Under the pieces are notes generated by a model. It saw nothing but the letters and a program-made list of their open reading frames with translations. It was not told the origin of the DNA and made no database searches. From Candidatus Thalassarchaeum sp. (lineage in GTDB: Archaea > Thermoplasmatota > Poseidoniia > Poseidoniales > Thalassarchaeaceae), in assembly GCA_016777225.1 (NCBI GenBank), contig JADHRW010000001.1, positions 76,103-140,102 of the forward strand: a DNA stretch of 64,000 bases, in the 5' to 3' direction. Position 1 is the first letter of the stretch; the number at the start of each line of letters is the position of its first letter. Below, piece after piece: positions 38,954-47,902 of this stretch. The translations under genes were made by a program, and so were the position numbers.

Positions 38954-39733
38954 ATGAAATTTTATTTACCTGGAAGTGAAAAAATGTTAGCAAATGGTAG
39001 ATCTGAGAGAGTCAGAGAAAAAAAAATAGGCTTGATTGTAGCGACTTTCACTGGTGGGTATTTCATACTTCTTTTCTTGACACCTATGATGTTGACAACT
39101 GGTTCTATTCCTGAACTTTCAGGGAGAGCGAATAGAATTGATTATGCCACTGAAGATGGTTGGGGGTCATGGGGGAATCAAAACCACGGAGATAATGCTA
39201 AAATTGGACATAATCAAGAAGATTTAGGACTTTTTAGTTGGTCAGATTTGAATCCAATAGCGGCGTTTGTTTATGCATTTGGAGACCTAAATTGTCATCA
39301 GAAATCTGAAAGATCGTGGGAAATTAATGGAAACCAAATGGCAGTCTGTGCAAGAGATGTAGGATTATTCTTAGGATTAGCTATAGGTGCTCTATTATGG
39401 AGGAAAAGAGGGCTGAACCGATGGACAATTAGAGATTCATTTTTATCAATATTTAAGGATGAGCAAATTGAATTTTTATATAGGGAAGATCGAAGAATGT
39501 TAGGCATGATTATTCTTATTTCCTTGGGTACAATTCCAATAGGAGTGGATGGCTTTACTCAATTATTATCATCATATGAATCAACGAATATAGTTCGATT
39601 AATTACAGGTATGGGCGCAGGTTTTGTTCTTTCTTGGTGGTCTTGCGCTGCAATTAGTTCAAAACCAAATAGTTTCGAGACAGCAGAATTAGTCAAACTA
39701 CCTGCTAACGCTAAATTAGTTTTCAAGGATTAA
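38954..39733 (+). CDS. DUF2085-like integral membrane protein
   Basis: GDLNCHQKSERSW and MAVCARDVG (the CHQ...CAR pattern recalled for DUF2085), plus several TM helices. Confidence 0.6.
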   Translation: MKFYLPGSEKMLANGRSERVREKKIGLIVATFTGGYFILLFLTPMMLTTGSIPELSGRANRIDYATEDGWGSWGNQNHGDNAKIGHNQEDLGLFSWSDLNPIAAFVYAFGDLNCHQKSERSWEINGNQMAVCARDVGLFLGLAIGALLWRKRGLNRWTIRDSFLSIFKDEQIEFLYREDRRMLGMIILISLGTIPIGVDGFTQLLSSYESTNIVRLITGMGAGFVLSWWSCAAISSKPNSFETAELVKLPANAKLVFKD

Positions 39734-41073
39734 TTATTACCTTGCCACCAACTAATAAGACTTGAGTGGTCATTAGGAACCTCTGTGTTTGGTTTACCAG
39801 AACCCAATATCTTAATTCTCTTTAAGCAATTATCTATAGCTACAGAATTATGATTTGTTCGAATTATTTGACCTAAACAATATCTTAGGTGTGTTTTAGG
39901 ATTTTCTTTAATCCATTTCTGAATAGCTACCCTCAATGGCCAAATCGCAAGTACTAGATAACCAAATGGGAGAAAATGTTCTTTTAATTGATTCCTAGAG
40001 GTATCTCTTCCTATTAGTGACCTATGTTGATGTAACCAATCTAAATCATCATTCAAATATCTAATTATCTTATGAGAATGACTCTCAGAAACAGCTCTGA
40101 CTGGGCCTTGTGCAGAACGTAATTCACCAATATCTGCATTCGACATAATTGATAGAGTGCCTACAATTGAAGAAATAGAATGGGCAAGAATACTTTTAGG
40201 GACATAGTGTCGAATATTATCTTGTAATTGAGATAAAGATTCTGTATGTTCCAATTGAGAAGTCTTCAAAATCTTCCATGGTTTTTGATTACTGAGCCAT
40301 TCATCTCTCCCAGAATTTGGTTCAACCCCTAATCCAACTAATGTTGTCTGACCCTTACTTTTAATCAGAAGTTTTCTAATTAGGTTTTGTTCAACTACCT
40401 CTGTCTGAACATTAATTGGATTCGGATGAGAATGTAAAAATCTCCTAATCCTCAATCTCAATTCTTTCTTAAATTCCTCTTCACTACCTTCGTTTAGAAC
40501 AGGACCTATTATTGCCCCCATATCAAAAGGTGTTGGCATTTCTAACTCACCAGAAAGAAGACTATGATATCCCGATCTAATTTCTTTTTGTAAAATGCTA
40601 GTTTCAAAATATTCTTCTTTCTCAGAATGAATTCTCAAAGTACCAGTTCTTATCCTATTAAGCGCTAATTCAGGATCACAATCTACCCAGACACATAAAT
40701 CAGGTACTAATGCTGCAGAATTCATATGAGATACTTTATCAATTCCCAAACCTCCAACAATTCCTTGATAAACTAAGGATGAATGAATGTTTCTTTCACT
40801 AACAACTACTCTCCCTTCTTCTAAACGAGGTAATATCCACCCATGTGAATGATCAACACGATCAGCGGCAAAAAGCCCGGCTTCACCTTCAGGAGTCATA
40901 GTTTTTGTACGTACAGAATTAATAGCGAGACGTCCTAATGGATGGTCCCTTCTAGGCTCACCAGTAATTTCAACTGATGAGAAAGTAAATTCTTTTTCTA
41001 TAACTTGAGCAATGACCTTGGTAGCAAGGCCTTTCCCACTACCGTCACCTCCTTCAACAGTTATTAGATACAT
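39730..41073 (-). CDS. Thymidylate-kinase-like domain (about 205 aa) fused to a ~240-aa C-terminal domain of unknown function
   Basis: ITVEGGDGSGKGLAT, LFAADRVDHSHGWILPRLEEGRVVVSERNIHSSLVYQG (Tmk pattern), then a region with no motif I recognise. Confidence 0.65.
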   Translation of the reverse strand: MYLITVEGGDGSGKGLATKVIAQVIEKEFTFSSVEITGEPRRDHPLGRLAINSVRTKTMTPEGEAGLFAADRVDHSHGWILPRLEEGRVVVSERNIHSSLVYQGIVGGLGIDKVSHMNSAALVPDLCVWVDCDPELALNRIRTGTLRIHSEKEEYFETSILQKEIRSGYHSLLSGELEMPTPFDMGAIIGPVLNEGSEEEFKKELRLRIRRFLHSHPNPINVQTEVVEQNLIRKLLIKSKGQTTLVGLGVEPNSGRDEWLSNQKPWKILKTSQLEHTESLSQLQDNIRHYVPKSILAHSISSIVGTLSIMSNADIGELRSAQGPVRAVSESHSHKIIRYLNDDLDWLHQHRSLIGRDTSRNQLKEHFLPFGYLVLAIWPLRVAIQKWIKENPKTHLRYCLGQIIRTNHNSVAIDNCLKRIKILGSGKPNTEVPNDHSSLISWWQGNN

Positions 41074-41080
41074 AAAAACA

Positions 41081-41818
41081 TCAATCCTCTGAAGAATAAT
41101 AATCCGTAAATTGATCTCTTGTCATATACATCAGACCTAATCCTAGAAGTATTAGTAAAGGACCTATGAAAATCATACCTCTACTAAACAAACCGAAGAA
41201 AGCCAACCACCATGATCTGCGATATTTATTCCCGTTGTAAGTCTCTAAACCTCCAATAATACCAGCTAAACCAGTAATAAGGGTCATTGTAGCAATAAAT
41301 AGGCCGACAAAAACAGAATATGAAAGATTACTTTCACCTCTCATATCTAGGCTAATTAATCCATCACCCGGAACTAAAGTAATAGGTATTTGAGAATGGT
41401 CACCTGGGATAAGAAAAATTTCTACAGTTTTATTATCAGAATGTTGGATATAAAGAATTGATGATTGCCTTGGTACATCATCGATTGAAAATCTACCTCC
41501 GGAGTCAGTGATATCGCTACTAATTAAAGTTCTATCTTCATTAAGTAGTTCAACTAATATACCCTCTATTGGGTCCCCACCAGTATTATTCTCTAGAGAT
41601 GAGATTACTAAACCATTGACATCATCTGATGATTGTTCATCTTCAATTTGACCCATTATATCAGCAGGATCTGCAGCCATTAACAAGACTCCCAACATAG
41701 CTCCTAATGCACTTCCTGCAATAATTAATATCGCTCCAGCAACTCTAGTTGCTGGATCTATTGATAAATCATATAGCCATAATTCAAAACTAGAATTATT
41801 GATATTTTCTTCTGTCAT
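41081..41818 (-). CDS. Membrane protein with a carboxypeptidase-regulatory-like beta-sandwich segment, hypothetical
   Basis: An N-terminal TM helix and two or three C-terminal TM helices. The middle region reads GILVELLNEDRTLISSDITDSGGRFSIDDV. It is tightly packed between its neighbours (gaps of 3 and 7 nt). Confidence 0.55.
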   Translation of the reverse strand: MTEENINNSSFELWLYDLSIDPATRVAGAILIIAGSALGAMLGVLLMAADPADIMGQIEDEQSSDDVNGLVISSLENNTGGDPIEGILVELLNEDRTLISSDITDSGGRFSIDDVPRQSSILYIQHSDNKTVEIFLIPGDHSQIPITLVPGDGLISLDMRGESNLSYSVFVGLFIATMTLITGLAGIIGGLETYNGNKYRRSWWLAFFGLFSRGMIFIGPLLILLGLGLMYMTRDQFTDYYSSED

Positions 41819-41821
41819 TCG

Positions 41822-42799
41822 TCATTCCTCATGTACGTTCTCTATTGTCCCAGAAGGGGGGGTATGTTGAGTTTGTCGCCTGAATAACTTATAGAATATT
41901 GATCCAAATAGAGGCCATGAGAATGGCATGATAAAAATTCCTAATATGATTATTAATATAATTTCTATATTAGATGAAATAGCATTTTCATCTAATTGTC
42001 CAATTAATTGACAATCTTGAGAGCTACCATTCAAATCAACAAGATAATAATTAGACCAATTTTTACCAGTAATCCAGAAGAGAGAATTGGTTGAATCATA
42101 AGCAATGCCATTTAATTCTCTAGAATTATCATTTTCATATTGAGAACGTATATTGGTTAAATCATATTCAAAACAAACATCTCCAGTAGATTCACTAATA
42201 GAAATTATTCTATCTTCAAGCCAAATATTTGCATATATTAACCCTGAATTAAATGGGCATTCCAACTCATTAATCATATTTATCGGAGAATTATTATATT
42301 GAATAGTCAATGGTTCATCAAAAAAAGAAAAGTTTTCTGGAGAAATTTTAGATAATTGATAAGAACCATCTGAAAACCATAAATTATTATGATTATTACA
42401 AAGACCCCACCCCTCTCCTTCATAAGTGAAATTACTCAATAATTCTAAAGACGAGGAATTATATAAAAATCCAATATTTCCTTTCCAAGTTAATTGTACT
42501 AGAGTATTATTTACAATTGCCAAACCTTCTGCAAAATAATCATCTGATAATCGTATCATTTTTTCTAGTAGACCTGTGGATGTATTTATGATACGTAAAC
42601 TAGACTCTCCATACAATCCTGTACTTTCATATATTTTTCCATTATGAAATAGTAATCCTTGAGTAAACGCGGAGGAATTATGAGGTATAATTTGTATGAC
42701 TTCTGGGTCTATTATTTCAACTATATGAGACTCATCAATATACGGAGAATCAGAGGAAACTAAAGATGAAAATGTTGAAAAAATAAGGATAAAAATCAT
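41822..42799 (-). CDS. Glutaminyl-peptide cyclotransferase (beta-propeller type, PF05096-like) with signal peptide and C-terminal TM anchor
   Basis: AFTQGLLFHNGKIYESTGLYGESSLRIIN...YFAEGLAIVNNTLVQLTWKGNIGFLYN. I prefer the start at MIFILIFSTFSSLVSS (ATG 42799..42797). The ORF-track extension to 43141 runs antisense into the divergent gene. Confidence 0.75.
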   Translation of the reverse strand: MIFILIFSTFSSLVSSDSPYIDESHIVEIIDPEVIQIIPHNSSAFTQGLLFHNGKIYESTGLYGESSLRIINTSTGLLEKMIRLSDDYFAEGLAIVNNTLVQLTWKGNIGFLYNSSSLELLSNFTYEGEGWGLCNNHNNLWFSDGSYQLSKISPENFSFFDEPLTIQYNNSPINMINELECPFNSGLIYANIWLEDRIISISESTGDVCFEYDLTNIRSQYENDNSRELNGIAYDSTNSLFWITGKNWSNYYLVDLNGSSQDCQLIGQLDENAISSNIEIILIIILGIFIMPFSWPLFGSIFYKLFRRQTQHTPPSGTIENVHEE

Positions 42800-42914
42800 G
42801 ATTGAAACGGATTTAACACTCCCCCCCTGCTTAATCATGTACGAACGATGCTCCATCGATGTTAAAATAGGTCTTAAACGGGCATTAACTTGTAATAAAC
42901 AGGATGTGGCACCA

Positions 42915-45900
42915 ATGTCTCGGATTAAACTAAGAAACAATACTACTACTCCGTTGTTTCTAGTTTCAGTAATGCTACTGGCTAGTATTTCTCCAATTAC
43001 AATGGCTACGGCTTCTTCTGAGAATAACACTACAGAAATATCTATAGGAAATCTTGAAGAATTCGACCCTTCAACTGAAGGTAAAAAATATATGTTCACT
43101 AACGATTCTAAACCAGTATATTCAGCCACTAGTTTCCTCAAAAAACAGTGGATAGATGAGGGGTACCCCGATCTAGTACTTCCATTTTCCCAATCTTATA
43201 TGAATTCTAAGTCTTCAACTCGTAATTGTACAAACGCATGGAGTCAGGGAGACACCGATACAGTACCTACATCCAGCGGAAGTATTGAGGCAACTGTACA
43301 AAAAATTTCGTCAAACGCTGCTATATTTATAGAAAATGGACAGATTCTTTCAGCAACTACTCTGAATGATATCGCATCAACTTTTGAATCTACAATTTAT
43401 CCAACTGATACAACTTATTTTGGTTCAATGCCGGATGTAGACAATAACTGTCAATTAGAGATAGTGATACATGCAATTGACGGAGGAGGAGGAGTTGGAG
43501 GTTACTTTGCACCGGGCATTTCTTCACAAAGAGAGGCAGTTTTCGTTGATGTAGATGATATGAGTTGGAGAAATACAATATTGGCTCATGAACTACAGCA
43601 CTTACTTCACAATGCCAGAGACCCATATGAGAATTTGTGGATTGATGAGGGAGCCGCAGATATGGCCGCATATCTTTGCTTTGGAGTTACAAGTGCACTT
43701 ACAGGTCATGCAAATGATTGGGCCCAAAATTCGAATATGAGCGTCAGATGGTGGAATCAAAGAATTGCCGATTATGGTGCAGGATTCATGTTTTTAATGT
43801 ATTTAGCCGATAAACTAGGCGGAGGTAACGCAATCTCAAATCTAGTTGCTGATACCGCAACAGGAGGGGCTGGAATTGAAAATTTAGCAGCAAATCCACA
43901 ACCAGGTTCCGTTTCAATAGGGACAACAATGAGTGAAATTTATGCTAATTTTAGTGCTGCTGTCACTTTAGATAGTCCACAAGGTGCTTTTGGGTTCTCT
44001 AATCTTGATTTATCTGAAGCTTGTACATCAGCTTTTATTTGCAAAGTCCAAAAAAGTGGTTACAATGATCAATGGGTAGACGATTGGACCAGTAATAGCG
44101 ATTCTGTAGAAGGCTGGGGAATGAGATCTTACAAGTTCTCTCAAGGTTCGGGGGCTCCATTAAATTTGATGGTCTCACCTACTCAATTTGGCTTTGAAGG
44201 AGTTATTATGTCGAAAGAATCGGCAACAGGAACATGGTCAATGAGTAAATTAAGAATAGATCCGAGTAGCGGAGCTGGAACGGGATTAGTATATGGTTTT
44301 GGAAATATTACTGATGAGGTATGGTTAATCACTTGGTACGAATCATTAGTAGATGATTGTGATTATAATTTTGCTAGTTGCGGTATTACTACAGGTTCGT
44401 ATCCAGAAGCGGCTATTACAGTACAAGCAGGATTAATTACAGATCCTGCAGAAATAGAAATATCTGCAATAGAAAATTTCGATAGAGATGGTGATAATCT
44501 AGACGATAGCAGTAGGATTGATTTGGAAGTAACTTCAAACGCTTTTTTTGAGATATTAGAAGTTGAGGCTAATGCTTATCTGAATAATACTATTGTAGAT
44601 TCTCTGACTTTTGATGTGACAGCGGGTAATAATTTAGCAACGGAAAAAAGTATTTGGTTTACACCTCCTGAAGGTGGAGATTGGACATATAGTGTAAAAA
44701 TTACTGACGTCACAGGAGTAGTCGTAGACCAAGCATTTGCTTTACCTGAAAATATTGCAAATATGGAACCTGTTGCTTCAGGCTCGATGGCGACAAATAT
44801 TACTCAGACTTGGCTTCCTGTTGCAATGTATGGATCAGGATATGACGTATGGGGCTTTAGTCAAATAAATGGAACATTTAGCCATAATGACACACCTATA
44901 GCATATTTCTGGGACCTCGGAGATAATACTTCATCGGGGTTAAAAAACCCAACACATTCATACTTAGAAATAGGTATTTATACAATTATTCTGACTGTTA
45001 AAGATAGGGGAGGATATTTCTCTGAGCCACAATCATGGACTATTTCTGTAAATGACACATCAGTTCCCATACCAATAATATCTGTAGATGGGATTGTACA
45101 AGACTCCGAACTGACTTTAATGACGAATCAAAGAGTGCAATTTTCAGCACTTTCAAGTCAAGACAATGTGCCAATAGATGAATTAACATTCACTTGGAAT
45201 TGGGGAGATGGACAGATAGAGCAAGGTAAAGGATTGGCAGAATTAGGCCATGCATGGGTTGATGGAAGTGCAGATGGAATCATATATACTCTAACTTTGA
45301 CAATTGATGATGGTAATCAATTTATAGATTATTCAATATATATCAAAATCCTAAATCGAGTTCCTGAACAAATTTTTGAACAAAATCTACAAACATTTAC
45401 ACTCACACCTTTGGAAATGCCTTTGGTTTTTGAAGACCAAGATGGTTTCATAGTTGAATATCGATGGACATTCGAGGAAGGAGTAAATACAGATGGTTCT
45501 GGTATGACGATTACATCAGATTATTCAATAACAGAATCAATAGAACCTAATCCAATAATTGGCTGGAAGGAACCAGGTCTGAAAAATATATCATTAGAAG
45601 TTACTGATGATGATGGGAATTCATCAATTGCTTTATTACAAGTTCTTGTCATTAATCAAAGACCTGTGGCAGTATTTGCAAGACCTAGTGATGGTCAAGT
45701 AGATACCGAATATATATTTGAAAGTCTATCTTTTGATCCAGACGGAAATACTTCATCTATGCAAATAATCTGGAATCTTTCAGATTTTGATGAACCCGTG
45801 TATAACTTCACATCGTTATACCATACATTTACTAAACCAGGATTATACAGTATTAGTTTGATTGTAATCGATGAAATGGGTGTGGAGTCTGCTGAAAAAT

Positions 45901-47039
45901 CATATACCATTAGAATCGATAATCCTTTACCTATTCCTAAATTAGAATTTAGACAACCTAGTCAGAATGGTACTTCTCTGAACTATATCCCTTCTAATGA
46001 GGGAAATGATATTACAATAACTTGGCAAATACCATTTACAGAAAATGGTGGTGCGTTTTTAGCACCAAACATGCCATTATTGTTTGATGGTTCCAGTAGC
46101 TATGATTCAGACCCTATGTTTGAAAATATGAACTCAAATAACAGAGATGATCCGGAATGGAATGGGATTACAAGATGGATTTGGAACTTTGGTGATTCAT
46201 CACCACAAGTAGAAGGAGAAAAGGCATGGCACCAATATCAACTTCCAGGTGTGTATGAGGTTACATTGACAGTCGTAGATGGCTTTGAAGCTGGAGAAAC
46301 TAATTCTACAAGTATGTTAGTGTATATTTCAAGATCTCCTGAAATTATTACCAATGACCCAACTGGTTTAGAATATGTCTTAGTAGGAGATATTGTTGAT
46401 TTGAGTGCCGAAGTGATAGATCTTGACATCCTTGATGGAATTGATGCTTGGATGGATACAGATACTAGTATCGATTCAGATGAAGATGGAGATTTTGGTA
46501 ATGATAGAGACCGATATCTATCAAGTTCACCGACTGTAGAATGGGACCTGAATATAGCAAATGATGGTTTAGATAATGATGGAAATACAATGAATGATTT
46601 TGTGTGGGGGGAACAAGTATGGCCGTTACCAGAATATCAACCATTAGTTATTGTTTTACAAGTTTGTGACGGTGTAGATGTTTGTACCACTAAACAATTC
46701 GAAATAACCGTTCTGAGTATAGAAGATGACAATGGACCTTTATCGATATCTGATTTGACTATGAAAGATTTTGTTCCAGATGTAGAAAGTGCAGGACTTT
46801 TAGCGCTAATAGCCACAGTATTACTACTAGGTTGGCTCATTATGAGGCAAAAAGATGAGGAGGAAATGGATGCTGAAGAAAGAATGGAAACATATGACGT
46901 CCAAGAAGTAGTAAAGGAAGGAGGATTACCAGGAATGGATCAACATAATCCTCCACCTCGGCCTAAATATTTGACAATCGAAGAACGAAGAAGCAAAGAA
47001 TCAGGATACATCCGGCCTATTAGAACTAGAAGGAAATGA
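42915..47039 (+). CDS. Giant membrane-anchored MA-clan zinc metallopeptidase with multiple PKD domains
   Basis: The preferred start MSRIKLRNNTTTPLFLVSVMLLASISPITMA gives a signal peptide. HELQHLLH...WIDEGAADMAAY (HExxH plus downstream E). PKD signatures YFWDLGDNT, FTWNWGDGQ and WIWNFGDSS. C-terminal TM helix LLALIATVLLLGWLI plus a charged tail. Confidence 0.8.
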   Translation: MSRIKLRNNTTTPLFLVSVMLLASISPITMATASSENNTTEISIGNLEEFDPSTEGKKYMFTNDSKPVYSATSFLKKQWIDEGYPDLVLPFSQSYMNSKSSTRNCTNAWSQGDTDTVPTSSGSIEATVQKISSNAAIFIENGQILSATTLNDIASTFESTIYPTDTTYFGSMPDVDNNCQLEIVIHAIDGGGGVGGYFAPGISSQREAVFVDVDDMSWRNTILAHELQHLLHNARDPYENLWIDEGAADMAAYLCFGVTSALTGHANDWAQNSNMSVRWWNQRIADYGAGFMFLMYLADKLGGGNAISNLVADTATGGAGIENLAANPQPGSVSIGTTMSEIYANFSAAVTLDSPQGAFGFSNLDLSEACTSAFICKVQKSGYNDQWVDDWTSNSDSVEGWGMRSYKFSQGSGAPLNLMVSPTQFGFEGVIMSKESATGTWSMSKLRIDPSSGAGTGLVYGFGNITDEVWLITWYESLVDDCDYNFASCGITTGSYPEAAITVQAGLITDPAEIEISAIENFDRDGDNLDDSSRIDLEVTSNAFFEILEVEANAYLNNTIVDSLTFDVTAGNNLATEKSIWFTPPEGGDWTYSVKITDVTGVVVDQAFALPENIANMEPVASGSMATNITQTWLPVAMYGSGYDVWGFSQINGTFSHNDTPIAYFWDLGDNTSSGLKNPTHSYLEIGIYTIILTVKDRGGYFSEPQSWTISVNDTSVPIPIISVDGIVQDSELTLMTNQRVQFSALSSQDNVPIDELTFTWNWGDGQIEQGKGLAELGHAWVDGSADGIIYTLTLTIDDGNQFIDYSIYIKILNRVPEQIFEQNLQTFTLTPLEMPLVFEDQDGFIVEYRWTFEEGVNTDGSGMTITSDYSITESIEPNPIIGWKEPGLKNISLEVTDDDGNSSIALLQVLVINQRPVAVFARPSDGQVDTEYIFESLSFDPDGNTSSMQIIWNLSDFDEPVYNFTSLYHTFTKPGLYSISLIVIDEMGVESAEKSYTIRIDNPLPIPKLEFRQPSQNGTSLNYIPSNEGNDITITWQIPFTENGGAFLAPNMPLLFDGSSSYDSDPMFENMNSNNRDDPEWNGITRWIWNFGDSSPQVEGEKAWHQYQLPGVYEVTLTVVDGFEAGETNSTSMLVYISRSPEIITNDPTGLEYVLVGDIVDLSAEVIDLDILDGIDAWMDTDTSIDSDEDGDFGNDRDRYLSSSPTVEWDLNIANDGLDNDGNTMNDFVWGEQVWPLPEYQPLVIVLQVCDGVDVCTTKQFEITVLSIEDDNGPLSISDLTMKDFVPDVESAGLLALIATVLLLGWLIMRQKDEEEMDAEERMETYDVQEVVKEGGLPGMDQHNPPPRPKYLTIEERRSKESGYIRPIRTRRK

Positions 47040-47902
47040 TTGACGTGGCACTACAAAAAAAAGTAACTGCTATCTTCCTTAATTCATGTTTTTTTGCGCC
47101 AATGCTATTAATGACCTTGGCGATTACCATTGCACCAGTGGTTTCTGCACAAAGTGCATGTGATGTCCCAGCAAGTAATAGTTGGCTAGTTGATGAAAGG
47201 ACAAATGAACATACTGTAGAAAATTTTTGGAATGGAGGAGGAAATGATGGAATTGTATTGCCAATAACATCTGATTTTAGTATGGATCTAAGTATAAATA
47301 ATGACTCCGCTAAAGCAATTAGTATGATTTTAACAACAGGTAAATCTTACACATTCTGCTTTACGTACATAGGAGATTCTGAATCACCACCAAGTAACGG
47401 AGCTAAAGCAGATGTATACTTAATGACAGAGGGGAATTGGGACCTTTATCAGACTAATTATGAATTAAGATATGAAAATTGGTTAGATGTAATTGGTTTC
47501 CTTCCCGTCGAATTTAGAGATACAGTAACTTGGATGCCATTTAGAGACGTACATTCTTATGAAAAAGTAACTGAAGATTATTTCTCAGTATCGATAGATA
47601 GTATGAGTTCATCTTGGCTCAATGATGGAGTAACCAAATATTTCCTTGTGTTTGACAATTGGGACAATAATCGCAATACCGATCAATCTGCATCAGGAGG
47701 GGATTTGAATATTGAGTTATTGGTTGATGTTGAAAATAGACTTGTTTTACCAAAATTTACAGCATACATGTTAGTAGCGATATTACCATTATCGTGCTTG
47801 ATAGTTCCAGTGATAATTAATAGTAAATATAAGTCATATGGACTAGAAGAAAATAATACAGAAAATAAAGAAATAATTCCAATATTAGAACAATTAAATT
47901 AA
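47036..47902 (+). CDS. Hypothetical secreted, C-terminally anchored protein
   Basis: An ATGA overlap links it to the upstream gene. Signal peptide MLLMTLAITIAPVVSA, then QSACD. C-terminal TM helix YMLVAILPLSCLIVPVII. No motif recognised. Confidence 0.55.
   Translation: MIDVALQKKVTAIFLNSCFFAPMLLMTLAITIAPVVSAQSACDVPASNSWLVDERTNEHTVENFWNGGGNDGIVLPITSDFSMDLSINNDSAKAISMILTTGKSYTFCFTYIGDSESPPSNGAKADVYLMTEGNWDLYQTNYELRYENWLDVIGFLPVEFRDTVTWMPFRDVHSYEKVTEDYFSVSIDSMSSSWLNDGVTKYFLVFDNWDNNRNTDQSASGGDLNIELLVDVENRLVLPKFTAYMLVAILPLSCLIVPVIINSKYKSYGLEENNTENKEIIPILEQLN

Noticed and set aside
42798-43141. ORF-track N-terminal extensions that make the glutaminyl cyclase gene (-) and the metallopeptidase gene (+) overlap each other in antisense by 344 nt.
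   Set aside because: Both extensions lack homology and precede obvious signal peptides (MIFILIFSTF... and MSRIKLRNNTTTPLFLVSV...). Using those internal ATGs (42799 and 42915) gives a normal ~115-bp divergent promoter region.
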